Assembly: GCF_037042905.1 (NCBI RefSeq)
Contig: NC_087263.1
Span: 15,130,001-15,194,000, forward strand
Direction of reading: 5' to 3'
Length of the DNA: 64,000 nucleotides
Source: Lytechinus pictus
Lineage: Eukaryota
Numbering within the stretch: the first letter of the stretch is position 1; the number at the start of each line of letters is the position of its first letter. Under the pieces are notes generated by a model. It was not told where the DNA came from, did no database searches, and saw only the letters and a list, made by a program, of their open reading frames with translations. The translations under genes and the position numbers were made by a program. Shown here piece after piece: positions 51,591-63,655 of this stretch.

Positions 51591-53613
51591 TTACAATATG
51601 ATGATTACTGCAGCCAAAATATTGTCAGATGGGTCTTCTCAAACAACGTATAGATCAAAGAATATATATATATATATATCACTAATCATGCAGTAGATCA
51701 GGAAATATGTATCTCGTCACTCAAGCAAAAAAATATTTCTTGGGATAGTTTGGCTATTATCATAAGTGGATGAATGTTTCTCCAAATATATCCCTATTTG
51801 AAACAGTGCAGCAGCGATGAAGGTGACGTTCCGCTAATCATTTCACTACCGAATGCCGCAAATGCTGGAAAAATTATATCCAAAGTGATAACACAGCCTT
51901 GCGCTAAACCGCCATCAGGATATAATTTTGTTAGTTTACAGCACAACGGCCAAACACATGACAGTCACAATGCCGTTCCACCGCAGATATTATATTTTGA
52001 TGCTGATGGAAATCACTCGTGCATTCGCTAATCAATCCATGGCCGTCATCGTGTGAAGCACCTGGAGAGAAAAAACAGAGCGAAGGCCTCCTCTCCAAAT
52101 CTCATTGGCCTGTTGGCATTGCATCAAATTAATTTCCCCTTAGATATATATGCGAATATTCTCCCCTCAATTAATCCTCATGAAAGCGGCAAAATACAGG
52201 AGAATCGCTGACATTTGATGGGAGGACAAAGCGTTTTTAATCTTATGAGTGATGGTTTTGGTTGTAAATTTATGAATATCATTGCTTGCAGTCACTCAAA
52301 CTGTAGGCTCCTAAATGATAAATACACGAGTTGTCAAAACAATGTATTTGAATGACATACAACTAATTGCATTACAATACATTGGTGTTGTATTTGATGA
52401 TGCAGATTTCATTTGTAGATTTCTCTGCTGAGAAGTTGGTGGGAGTTATTCACACTTTCAATGAAAATCACAACATCTTGATGTATATCCCTGCATACTC
52501 AAATTGATGTCATTGCTCAATGTCACCGCTTGGGAAAGAGCCAATTTCCTGGCGATAAAATAATAAATTCTAGAGTAGATCCAGTCACTTTGTTTAAAAC
52601 CCAGTAAAAAATGTAAGATAATTCATTTAAAATCAAGACAAATCCAAGGATGAATGGTGCCGGATAAGATGTTCCTTAACTATCGCCCTGGCAACGGAAA
52701 TATCTGACATTCCGGTCAACGCTGATAACATTTCACTGGTATGGGTATCACGAGAAGCACAGCAGAGATGCAAGATAAATCACATTTTTCCTTGACTCCA
52801 AAAAATATTGACTGAACATCATACATCCAAGATAACAGTCTCCAACAACCACTTAATTTTTCCAGCGTCGGTTTCACGGCTTAACCATTCAAATCATCAA
52901 CATTTCATCCAGTTCGCTTGCTAGAACGTGCTTCCCAGCTACAGTCGATACATGCTAAAAAACACAAACATACGTTCCCTCCCCCTCGAAAGCGGTAGAT
53001 AGCGTCTGACTGAGGGGAAAATTTAAAAGCAGCGGGGATATATACAATTCAGCCCACACATCACTTGTAGCATATATACCAGTACCCCACTATACACATG
53101 AGTGTGTGCTCACTTCTGCAGTAGATAGAGATGTAGTGTTCGGCGTGTGTACATGCACAATACAGAGATGCATGCATCTGTGCTCAAATGCTATGAGTGA
53201 GTAAAATGCATTCAGTGAGCGGTAGTTTGGCGAGCTAAAAATTGCTCTCTCCCTCTTTATCTCTCTTGCGCATCTTGAAGAAGATCGTAGTGTCTTAATG
53301 AAAGGGATATTTACGACATGGCAAGGTTAAATTAAGGCATATTTGTTTATCTCATTTATAACTAAATGCTAGAGTGAAAGCAGGTCTATGAGGCAGGAGC
53401 AGCAGTGTTATTAATGTAGAAGCACTTTTGAATATATCATATGAAATGTTCATTATACCCTTACTTATTGCTTATGGGCATTTCTTTTATTGGTTTATCA
53501 AGCAGACTTGAAGAGGATAAGCACAAAAAAATGACAAGACTTCTTGTCTGTTTGCAACTGCATTAGGCCTACACTTTTATAAATTGCTTTTACTATTATA
53601 ATTTAATATTCAT

Positions 53614-53653
53614 TAGTAGTACTAAATAGTAGTAATAGTAGTAGTAATAGTAA

Positions 53654-53723
<70 letters not shown>

Positions 53724-53803
53724 GGTGGTGGTGGTAGTGGTGGTGGTAGTGGTGGTGGTAGTAGTAGCATTAGCAGTAGAAGTAGTAGTACTACTACTAC
53801 TAC

Positions 53804-53836
<33 letters not shown>

Positions 53837-53865
53837 CAGCAGCAGTTGTAGTAGTTGTTGTAGTA
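53614..53865. repeat. Compound (TAG)n/(TGG)n microsatellite with an internal inverted (CTA)n block
   Basis: Direct reading. Confidence 0.95.
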
Positions 53866-54875
53866 GGAACAGTGATGTGCACAGTAAAAATGATATGGTT
53901 CTTGGGCAAATAAGACATTCCTACGATTTACACACACACAAAATGTAGAGGTAAAAAAAAGTTACACCAGACGTTAAAGCATTGAATAGTTACTTTCAAT
54001 ACAACATTTAACAACAAACAAATTCATAATAGTCAGAAACTAAAATAGTTGAGTACAGATTTTTGTTAAATATCTTTACCCAGTTCCATCTCTATATTAA
54101 GAATTAACCTGCACTGTGAAACATACCAAGGCATTGTGAAATACACCAAGGCATTCCATTATAATGAAACCATATAAGCTTGGTTAGAATTACATCCATT
54201 TTACTTGTGCGGCTTATCGCATATACAATCAAATATGATAATGATCAAATTATGACAAGCAGGCCGTGTAATTAATCCCTTTTCTTCTTAATGTATTCAT
54301 CAGGGAGCTAAGTCGGTGCCTCCTGGCAATTTTTTAACAGATACTGTCAGCGGTTTGACAGGATTTTTTGTGAAGCTGCGCAGGGATCATTACAAGGTGA
54401 ATCCGTCAATTGAATTACTAAGTGTGACACCATTTTTGCAGTATAGAGGTTAGGGGAAATTAAAAAATATATATTTAAAGATGGGAAATATATAGAATAT
54501 AGACAAAAACAAAAAGATTCCAGTATATTAAAAAGCTGCAGAGCCCTTTGAAATTTACTGCAGGTGATGATGATGAATACCACGGAAACCAGGATTTGAA
54601 GTAATCAATTAATAACTAGACTGAATACTCTATAACTAGACTAGACTGGACAAACACTGGTCCTCTATACACCAACACAAAGTCCACTCTCTGCACAATA
54701 ATAGTCGGTTATTTCAGGGCGAGTAAAGCTCAACTCGAAGGAACAATCGGAAGTGCTATAGAACACCTACTTGTATTTGTTCTGTACAATGATGATGATG
54801 ATAATCATGATTCATGAATTCATTTACATTATTTCTCAAGCGGAATAGAACTCACTAAATATCATTCTCAAAGGA

Positions 54876-55142
54876 AATAATAATAGTCAGTTCTTGTATA
54901 GCGCATAACACATTATGAATAACGTCTCTATTCGCTTCCAAAGGACTTGGATATATTATTACCCTGGCTGTAGCTCAAGCAGCTTTTACACGCTCGACAT
55001 TTCAAGGAAAAATTTCCTGCCAATTTCCAGCACAATTTGGATTAATTTCTTGCTGAAGGAAACTACACCATGGCTGGGATTTGAACCCACGACCCTCTGT
55101 TTCAAAGTCAGGAGACTACTCCACTGGGCCACAACGCTCCAC
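54876..55142 (-). mobile_element. tRNA-derived SINE with L2-type (ATT)n tail
   Basis: Box A TGGCCCAGTGG, box B GGTTCAAATCC, core TTCCTTCAGCAAGAAAT, tail GCGCTATACAAGAACTGACTATTATTATT; internal deletion relative to the 59395 copy. Confidence 0.9.
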
Positions 55143-55172
55143 ATTTGTATAAAGCACTATATAATCTTGCAA

Positions 55173-55378
55173 GGTTCTATGACATTTGCTCCGGCGACAA
55201 TTGCTCCGATGAAAAATCTGCACATTAAGTCTAACATGAAACCTAACCTCAGAAACTAAATAAACCCTAATCCTTATCTACACATTATTCTGAGATAAAA
55301 ACTATATTATAATCCTAATTCTAACCCTATATGCCTTCTGAGATATTAAGGCCGTAGCAAAAATTGATCATGTCACCA
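55173..55378. mobile_element. MITE-like element with telomere-like TAACCC/TAATCC motifs
   Basis: Left end GGTTCTATGACATTTGCTCCGGCGACAATTGCTCCG; decayed right end; internal CCTAACC, ACCCTAATCC, CTAACCCTA. Confidence 0.55.
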
Positions 55379-55755
55379 TATTTACCATCATAATTAATAT
55401 CATATTGTTGTCAATTCAGCTTTTCATTCAATATATAAATATATATGAATATGTTAGAACTCATTTCATCACCTTAATTGAACTTCAGAAATATCTATTC
55501 CTACAACATCTAATACATAAGCATTTGTTTTCACAAAATCATAGGTTGTATTTTATGGCTCAGGATTTCTGTGTACTGTGATTTAATTAATATTTAGCTG
55601 AGGCTAGGCTGACACAGCTTTAGTTTTAGAGGTCAAGTTTCTGATATCACTTTCAGCAGAAAGGGAATATGTGAGATAAAGACAGAGACAGAGCGAGAGG
55701 AGAAAGAGATAGAGAGAGACAGACAGAGATGGAGAGAGAGAGAGAGGCAGGCAGA

Positions 55756-55998
55756 CAGGGGTGGATCGTGGATTTTTTCCAAAGGGTGGGGCACATTTTC
55801 CCTGAGGAAAATTTGACAAGCAAAAAAAAGAAGGGTTTCTCCCAAATTTTAAGGTAATTTCGTCCACACAAAAATTTGACAACCAAAAAATAAAAATAAA
55901 ATGAAAGTCATTTTTTTAATCCATGCTTGCAAAAGGGGGGGGGTGCACACTTGTCTGTTATAGGCATATTTACATTACAAATTTGAATTGTGCCAGTG
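55756..55998. mobile_element. hAT MITE related to 21965-22170, right TIR largely deleted
   Basis: CAGGGGTGGATC..., TTTGACAAGC-polyA, TTACAAATTTGAATTGTGCC joined directly to AGTG. Confidence 0.7.
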
Positions 55999-55999
55999 A

Positions 56000-56420
56000 G
56001 GACAGAGACAGATAGAATCATCAACAGAGAGAGAAAGACCAAGAAACATAGAAAAATAAAGAAAAGATGAAGAGAAATCAAACATGACAAAGAGAGAGCA
56101 AGAAAAAGAAATATAGCGGAAGGGGAGAGGGATACGATACTAGAGAGAGAGATAGGAAGACAAGTGGAGAGGAGAGAGAACGAAAAAGACGGAGAGAGAG
56201 AGAGACGGACAGAGACAGATAAAGAATCATCAAGAGAGAAAGAGGGAGAAACCAAGAAACATAGAAAAAGAGAAAAAAAAACACGAGAAAGAGAGAGCAA
56301 GAAAAAGAAATATTGTGGACAAGGTAGGAATAAGATAAAAGAGATGGGAAGAAAGGAGAGGGGAGAAAAAGAGAGGCGAATGCGGAAGAGAGAGAGAGGA
56401 GGGAGCAGAAGAAAGAGAAA
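56000..56420. repeat. GA-rich tract with ~207-bp internal duplication
   Basis: GACAGAGACAGATA..AGAATCATCAA...CCAAGAAACATAGAAAAA at 56001 and 56208. Confidence 0.8.
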
Positions 56421-56703
56421 AATTTGCATTAATGTATATATCCAAGGGTCTCTCTTCTACATCTGATTCCCCTAAGCGCACAGGGCACAGAGTAGTGTAA
56501 AATCAATATTCCAAACAGACGATTGACTTGCAGAGAGGAGGTGGGAGAGAGAGTGTTTCAGTGGGTTAGTGGGTGTACATGAGGGAGATAGGGAGAGAGA
56601 AATGATATGGTAAACATGAGAATGTGCAGAGGAGCTGGGTACAGGGGATGCAAGGGGAGAGGAGCGAAGACCGAAACAGAAGCGGAGAGCGAGAGAAAAC
56701 GGT

Positions 56704-56955
56704 TAATAATAATAACAATACAGTAACTACTCTTATTTGCCCAGGTTAGCCACTCTCAGCTGTAAGCTGTTCTTCCAGCGGGCCTTGCATAACATAACAT
56801 CTTATTACTACCCTTCTCCATTCTCAAACATCAAGCAGCTGACAAGAAGAGAGAAGGTCCCATTTTCAAAGTCTTTGGAATGACTCAGCCAGGGATCGAA
56901 CCCACGACCTACCGTTCATGAGGCGGGCGCTCTACCACTGAGCCACCATGTCCGC
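56704..56955 (-). mobile_element. tRNA-derived SINE, Meta-like centre, CR1-like tail
   Basis: Box A TGGCTCAGTGG, box B GGTTCGATCCC, then GTCATTCCAAAGACTTTGAAAATGGGACC; tail GGCCCGCTGGAAGAACAGC...CCTGGGCAAATAA...(ATT)n. Confidence 0.88.
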
Positions 56956-57019
56956 ATGGGGAGGGAGAATGGGGAGAGGAAATACAGATAGAAATAAAGA
57001 TGGATGGACAGATATAGAA

Positions 57020-57300
<281 letters not shown>

Positions 57301-57431
57301 CAGAGAGTAAGATGAGTAATATTGATATAAAAATAGAGAGATGAATACACAGAGAAAGAAATAGAGAGTGCAAGAGAGCAAAGAAAGAACTGTGTTGACA
57401 AAGAGCAGCTCTCATTCAAAGCTAAATTATG

Positions 57432-57696
57432 GGCCCCGTCCTTAGTTGTGATTGATCCGATCAATCACAACTATGGACGGCCAGCCACATCAACATCTAA
57501 AATACATGTTTATTCAAAATCTTTTCTAGATATGTTTATGATGCATACATTCATCATTCTCTTGAAATTTCAGTGTACTTCTCTTTGTTTACAAAGTACA
57601 TTGTGCAAAATTCCTGTAGAAAATATCATGACATTGATGGATTTCCATATAGTTGAGGTTGATCTGATCAATCGTAACTCTCTGTAAGATGGGACC
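57432..57696. mobile_element. Harbinger-like MITE family A, copy 4
   Basis: Colinear with 3293-3562; flanks ATG/CTG. Confidence 0.88.
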
Positions 57697-58953
57697 CTGG
57701 GATCTCATTATCATGACAACCATGTTCACCAACTGGCAAAAAAATGTAAAGTGGGGTGTTCATCAAAATGCAGTTGAATTGTTAGAATGGGGGAGAATGC
57801 ATGAAACTAGCAAGTTGCCATGGCAACTTACACAAGAGGAGGGGTTACTGACCGTCAAGATACAGGGAATGGAAATTGAAAACAAATAATCGGTGTCCAA
57901 TGATTTTAAACGCTTCCCTTTTTCCATCTCACTCTCTCTCTCTTTTTCTCTCGCTCTAATTCTTTGTCACATCATCTTCTTCATCTCAATTTTCCATCTC
58001 ACAAATATAATTTTTCACTCAATTCCTCTTTCTACCACTTATATCAACCTCAATCTATTCATAAATTATTCATTTTTCCACTGGTTTCTTTTTTCATCTA
58101 TTTTTTTTACTTTTACGATCTCCATTTCCCCTCTATAATACAATTCAATATTTTGGGCTCACTCTCACTCCGCTAATCCAATCACTGCATCATTTAATCT
58201 ATTCATTCATTTATATTTCAATGAATTCATCCAAAAAATCTGTTCGACTACCTCTCAGTCAAATATCGAGTAATAAATTTATCTGACTTATGTCTATCAA
58301 ATATTTTATCTATTTATCTTATTGTGCACATACATTTGTAATAAAACATTCCCTCACTTTCTCTTTCACTCTATCTCCCCCCCCCCCTTGAGCACTCTAT
58401 CTCTCTCTCTTCTCTGATTCTCATATCTTCAAAATTTATTGTCATGCTCAAAGTAAAAATCATAATCTGTCTCCTCTTTTTCTCCCCTCTCTCTCTCCCC
58501 CTCCCTCTCATCTTCCTTCCGTCTCCTTTTTTTTCTCTCTCTCTCTCTGAACACCTAAATATCTCACTCAATGTCCAATTTTACATTTCTACATTCATCT
58601 CCATCTTTCCATCTCTCTTTCTCCATCCCTCCATCTCTTATTCATCCGCTTGTCAGACTATCTCCACCCACCGGCGTCCAACTGACAGCTCGTATAGCTT
58701 GCGGTAACCCGACAAGATGAATTGTTCCCGGACACCGAAAGAGACGCAACGCCTCGCGCTCTTAACGGTAACGGACACCAGCGATAGCGACAAACAACCC
58801 TGAGAAATTGGAATACCGAAGTGCCCTTCATTCACAAGCGAGGGTTTCCTTGTAACACTGTCCTTCCAACACGGCACCTGTAAAAGACCATGGCCACAGT
58901 CCCACTAGCAAAATCGACTCCAGATCGCCCAAATTATTAATAATGATCATAAT

Positions 58954-59192
58954 GAAGAGGTGTTGTGGCTCAGTGGATAAGTCTCCAGACATTGAACCAA
59001 AAGGTCTGGGGTTCAAATCCCATTGCAGCACTCGCATCCCTCTCCACCCAGGTGTAGTAAATTGGTACCAAGCAGGAAGGAATTCCTTGAATACTTGAGT
59101 GGTCAATCAGGATAGCCGTGTTAAAGCTGGGGTAATAGTACGCAGCACCGAGAAACATTCGTATTAAGCGCTATAAAACGTTATTATTATTA
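58954..59192 (+). mobile_element. tRNA-derived SINE (diverged subfamily) with L2-type tail
   Basis: Box A TGGCTCAGTGG, box B GGTTCAAATCC, CCACCCAGGTG..AAATTGGTACC core, AAGCGCTATAAAACGTTATTATTATT tail. Confidence 0.88.
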
Positions 59193-59394
59193 CTTATACT
59201 ACATAAAATTTATAAAGCACCCTATACAAAAGTTTCAAAGTGGCAAGAATTAAAAAGGAACAAAATAAGAATTTACAAGATATCTAGGGAAATGAACAAC
59301 AAAGAATCCAAAAGTGAAAACATCATGACGAATATTAATTAGACTGACCGAGGCATTGTGCTGCAGCAACACTAGGGAAACAGAGTCCAGTCCG

Positions 59395-59681
59395 ATAATA
59401 ATAATAATAGGCATTTATATAGCGCCATCTATCTAGAAATATTCTATTCTGAGGTGCGTTGTTATTATTATCATTACCCCGGCTTTAGCTCAAGCTGCCT
59501 TTCAGCGCTCATGCATTCAAGGAATTAATCCTGCCAGGTACCCATTCACCTTACCTGAGTTAAGTGCAGCAAAATGTGGATAAATTTCTTGCTGAAGGAA
59601 ATTACGCCATGGCTGGGATTCGAACCCACAACCCTCTGTTTCAAAGTCAGAAGACTAATCCACTGGGCCAAAACGCTCCAC
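59395..59681 (-). mobile_element. Full-length tRNA-derived SINE with L2-type tail
   Basis: Head nearly identical to the 54876-55142 copy; box B GGTTCGAATCC; tail GGCGCTATATAAATGCC(TAT)n. Confidence 0.92.
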
Positions 59682-61045
59682 AATCAAAGCTATTACGTTA
59701 TTACCAATGACATACCATCGATCAGATAGGAGTTTGTTTTGCCAGTGATGGCAGTAGCATAATTGATGAATGCAGTGGGGAAGAAATGAGTGAGCCAAAA
59801 AGTTTGAGGGGGCCAGACATGGAATATGGGTCAAAAGTTCCAAAAGGCTGTGACCGAGCCAAGCGAGCTAGCAAACACTTTTGACCTTTCTTATACAAAA
59901 GAGCATTTTTGTCATTATGTTTACATAATATTCAAAAAGTCATATCATATTTCATTTTTTCCTTTCCCTTTCTTTTTCTCTTTTTTCTTGGTCATGAAAA
60001 TTTGGAGGTCTGTAGCCCTCCAAGCCCCTCTCCCAATCTGTAGTATGCCAGAAGACCATGCAATGTGAAAGGGACTAGCCGGGTCAAATACTTTTACTTA
60101 TTGACAAGCAGTGAATTCAATGATGAAACCAATTAGAGACTAGCTTCGGAGACTGTAAATCAATTTTCACCAAATGAGAAAATAATCTTGTAGACAAAAT
60201 TCTATGCATCTCTTTCAAAGAAGCATAGCATCAACTCAGAATGTTCGAAGATATGATGAATAGGATTGCTTCGCCTTGGTTGCTGGTAGAAAGGCTCATT
60301 TCCATGTGAAATAAAATGAATTAATCTAATAACCTTTGAGTCTAACAGAAACAGAGATAAATCAATACGCAAGATGAAGAGAAATGACTAACTTATTGGA
60401 ATTTTTGCATCCACTAAATTTGTCGTCAGTTGTTAAGTAGATTATGAGGAGCCAGCAATGACACTACAGATATTAATAAGGGAACAATTCAATACATTTA
60501 TAAGGGAACAATTCAATACATTTCACAATGACTTATTTACTGTAGTAATGTTTGACTTTATATATATATATAATTTTTAGTCGTACTTGTACATTGCCTT
60601 AGTTATAATATATAAAAAATAATATAAAGAGGCTAGCAGAATTTCCAGGAATAGAGTAATAAATAAAAAGTTGACTGTTGATATTATCTATAAGCGTATC
60701 TTCACAAATACTCATCATATCTTTGGTAACTTAAATGCATACTAGAATCAATTCTGATATTGCTCTATTAATATCCTTGTCTTTGTAAGACCGATTTTCA
60801 AATGAGTGCTCACAAAACTAGTTTCTTCCATTTAAATATTATTTTCCTTAATATGTCAAGGTTCATATTTCTAAAAGAGTTTTCTTTATAATCCTTTCTT
60901 CCTTATTTCACATTTTGCAGACATTACTGCTTTATTGATGTGCAAGAAAAATAAAATGTAGATTATCATAAAACTAAAGGTAGACAAACAGAATGCAAAT
61001 GTTATCTATGTATATATTTCTTTGTAATACTTTTACCCATTTAAC

Positions 61046-61595
61046 AACTTTTAAAACACTGATTAGTTCACTTATCTATCATTAATTTGTAATCTACATT
61101 ACCAATTCATTCATTAATAACATGTATCTGCTAATAACATGTATCTTTTTCACATACAGTTCCATTTGATCACAATCTCTGTCTGCTATTAACACAATTT
61201 GTAGTTTAAATGCAAAACAGATACCAAAGTCTCCTCAATAACTTTTAAAACACACTGATTTGTTCACCTATCTATCATTAATTTGTTATCTATTCAATTT
61301 TACAAATTCATTCATTACTTTATTTTGGGATGAAAAGGCTTTGTTAGCTTATGTCATGCATTTTTTACACATACAGTTCCATCAGGGGCCCGTTGCAGAA
61401 AGAGTTGCAATCAATCGCAACTCTAAAAATCATGCGCAACTTGATTTTCAACCAATCAACAGCGCGCATTTGGGACTTACGATTGATTTTCTGACTTGCG
61501 TTTAAAAGCAACTCTTTCTGCAACGGACCCCTGATCATGATCTCTGTCTCCCATTAACCCAATTTCTAGTTTAAATGCACAACAGATATCAATGT
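61046..61595. repeat. ~195-bp tandem duplication; second copy carries a MITE
   Basis: AACTTTTAAAACAC...TAGTTTAAATGCA.AACAGATA at 61046 and 61240. Confidence 0.88.
61386..61530. mobile_element. Harbinger-like MITE (family D, 145 bp)
   Basis: GGGCCCGTTGCAGAAAGAGTTGC ... GCAACTCTTTCTGCAACGGACCC; flanks CAG/CTG; empty site in the sister copy. Confidence 0.92.
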
Positions 61596-63504
61596 AGTAT
61601 TCATAAGTCTCTTCACTCTCAATCTAAACATCAAATTCAGTGACTTTTGGGGTTATGCAGTACTTATATGCTTTGTACATGTAATGCCTGGTTCTAGTGG
61701 GCAATGGGTTGCATATAAATGAATTCTCATTTTCTTTCCCACTAAACCTGATTGCGTTCAGAGCAATTAGTCAAATGGACAAAAGAGTAATTTGCTATTA
61801 ACCATGAATGATTAATAGTGCCAGGAAGCCAATGAACTCGGTACAAATATGATGTATCACATTTGCTGCAGAATATTATTCTTTATTTAAGTTGTTTATC
61901 TAAAATTTTATTTGTCCTTACTTTGTAAATAAAAGTTCTATTTCTCAGTGCAATTACACCTGTAAACCTGCTGCCTTTCTTGATTTTGCAGTTTCCCTTT
62001 ATTTCTTTCTCTGTCTCTGTTTCTCTCTCTCTCTCTCTCTCTTTCTCACTGTGTCTATCCTTCTGTCTCTCCCTCTCTCAAACACACTATATCTCTCTTT
62101 ATATATCTGTATTAATTATTCAGGAAATTAAATCTACACCCACAGTTCAGCTAGGCACTATTCAAATCAACAACTGTAATTTAGAGTCTCCGCTCTTCAA
62201 TATCTCACTGCACACCACAAAAACATTCCAACTTTAACCATTTTAAAGTAAGTTTCAAAATAATACAGTATCATCACTTTTCTTTTCTGACACAGCCGCT
62301 AAAGTTCAAGAGTATTAGTCAGACTTGGGAAGCTGTTTCCAAGCTGTTCCCGACATGTGTTAGGGCAATAAGCAAATGTTATGGCAATGGAGGTAAACTC
62401 CCTCCATCATTCAAACATGTGGTTTTTCTTTCGACAAAGGATAAAGATGACTTTGCAACTTGCCTTACCCCCCCCCCCCCTCCCCTTCCACAAACAAAAA
62501 AATACAAAAAAGACCTCTAAATAAAAGAATGATGGAAAACAAAAGCGGTCGAGCCCGATCACATGAATGCTCTAACAGATTGCCAAATACGAGGCACATG
62601 GATAGGCGATCCAATCGATGCGAAGGTCTCAAAAAGGTAAAGTGGCGTCGTTAATTGAATTGAGCGCGAGGTCATGTGATCCCGCTCACCCCGACTGTTG
62701 ACGAGCCTCAAATTGGCAACACGCAAGTCATGTGAGCAATGTCCCGAAGTCGCGTTGTGTATCAGTGACTGATTAGAGAAAACAGAGTTAGGTTGGAGCG
62801 ACATCATCGCTAACCTAATTGCCTACAGTAAACGGTAGAGTCAGTATCATCAACGATGAATTCAGTTGGGAGGTAGAAGGGTTAATTGATATCAATCGCA
62901 CAAGGGCACAATTAGTCATCGAATTTGTCTCGATGTCTGTGATGTAACTAATATTACTTCTTTCAATGAACATTAATGCGCTGTTTTGCAATCATGATTG
63001 TCATTATACCTCCCTTCTGTTTTATCTTTATTCTCATCTGCTATACCAGAAAAATTATGTTCATCCATTCCCAACAAAGTTAGGCCATTCCATGATCAGA
63101 GCTGAAGTAAGGCGTGTTTATGCTTCTAAATTTTCAGGCCAGAACGAGGCGTTTTATATATTTAGTTTAAAAACAGGTGCTTCTTTTCTTGTTTTCATTC
63201 AAACGCTGCTCCTGAAAGCCGATCATGAACCGTAAACTGACAGTAAGGTGCATTAAGATCTCTGTTTCTCTAAAAAGACGGTTTTTCAAGGAAGATAAGT
63301 GGAACATTACTTCTAAAGATAGTTGCATCATAACATCTTGTGATAAGACCTTTGTGAATAGTGCAGTCAGGCAATAAAATATCTTCTGCATGAAGGAAAA
63401 AAGATATGCATAACCAATGGTTTGGCAGACAAGAGTGCTTTCACATCAATTTCTGGCTTGATGGGAGAAGCTTAGGGTATTACTGACAACATAGATTTAT
63501 ATTT

Positions 63505-63655
63505 CTTACCTTAAAAGTTTCAGATCAACCATATCATATTCAATTTGACAGACATATTGGTACATACCTGCATAAGAAAGAGAGCGAGAGAAGAGAGGGA
63601 GAGAAAAAAATAAAATTATCAAATTCAATGAATCAAAGAAAATCATAATAACATG
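63505..63655 (-). other. Candidate recursive splice site with 58-nt RS-exon (or a small conventional exon)
   Basis: Minus strand: about 88-nt AG-free zone, strong polypyrimidine tract, TGCAG|GTATGT at 63568/63567, second donor AAG|GTAAGA 58 nt downstream at 63510/63509. Confidence 0.6.

Noticed and set aside
52062..52078. REST/NRSE-like AGCACC-T-GGAGAG
   Set aside because: Non-canonical spacing and mismatches in both half sites.
55065..55142. tRNA-like sequences (also near 5060-5130, 56885-56955, 58960-59030, 59605-59681)
   Set aside because: A and B boxes are present but run directly into SINE bodies and tails; these are SINE heads, not tRNA genes.
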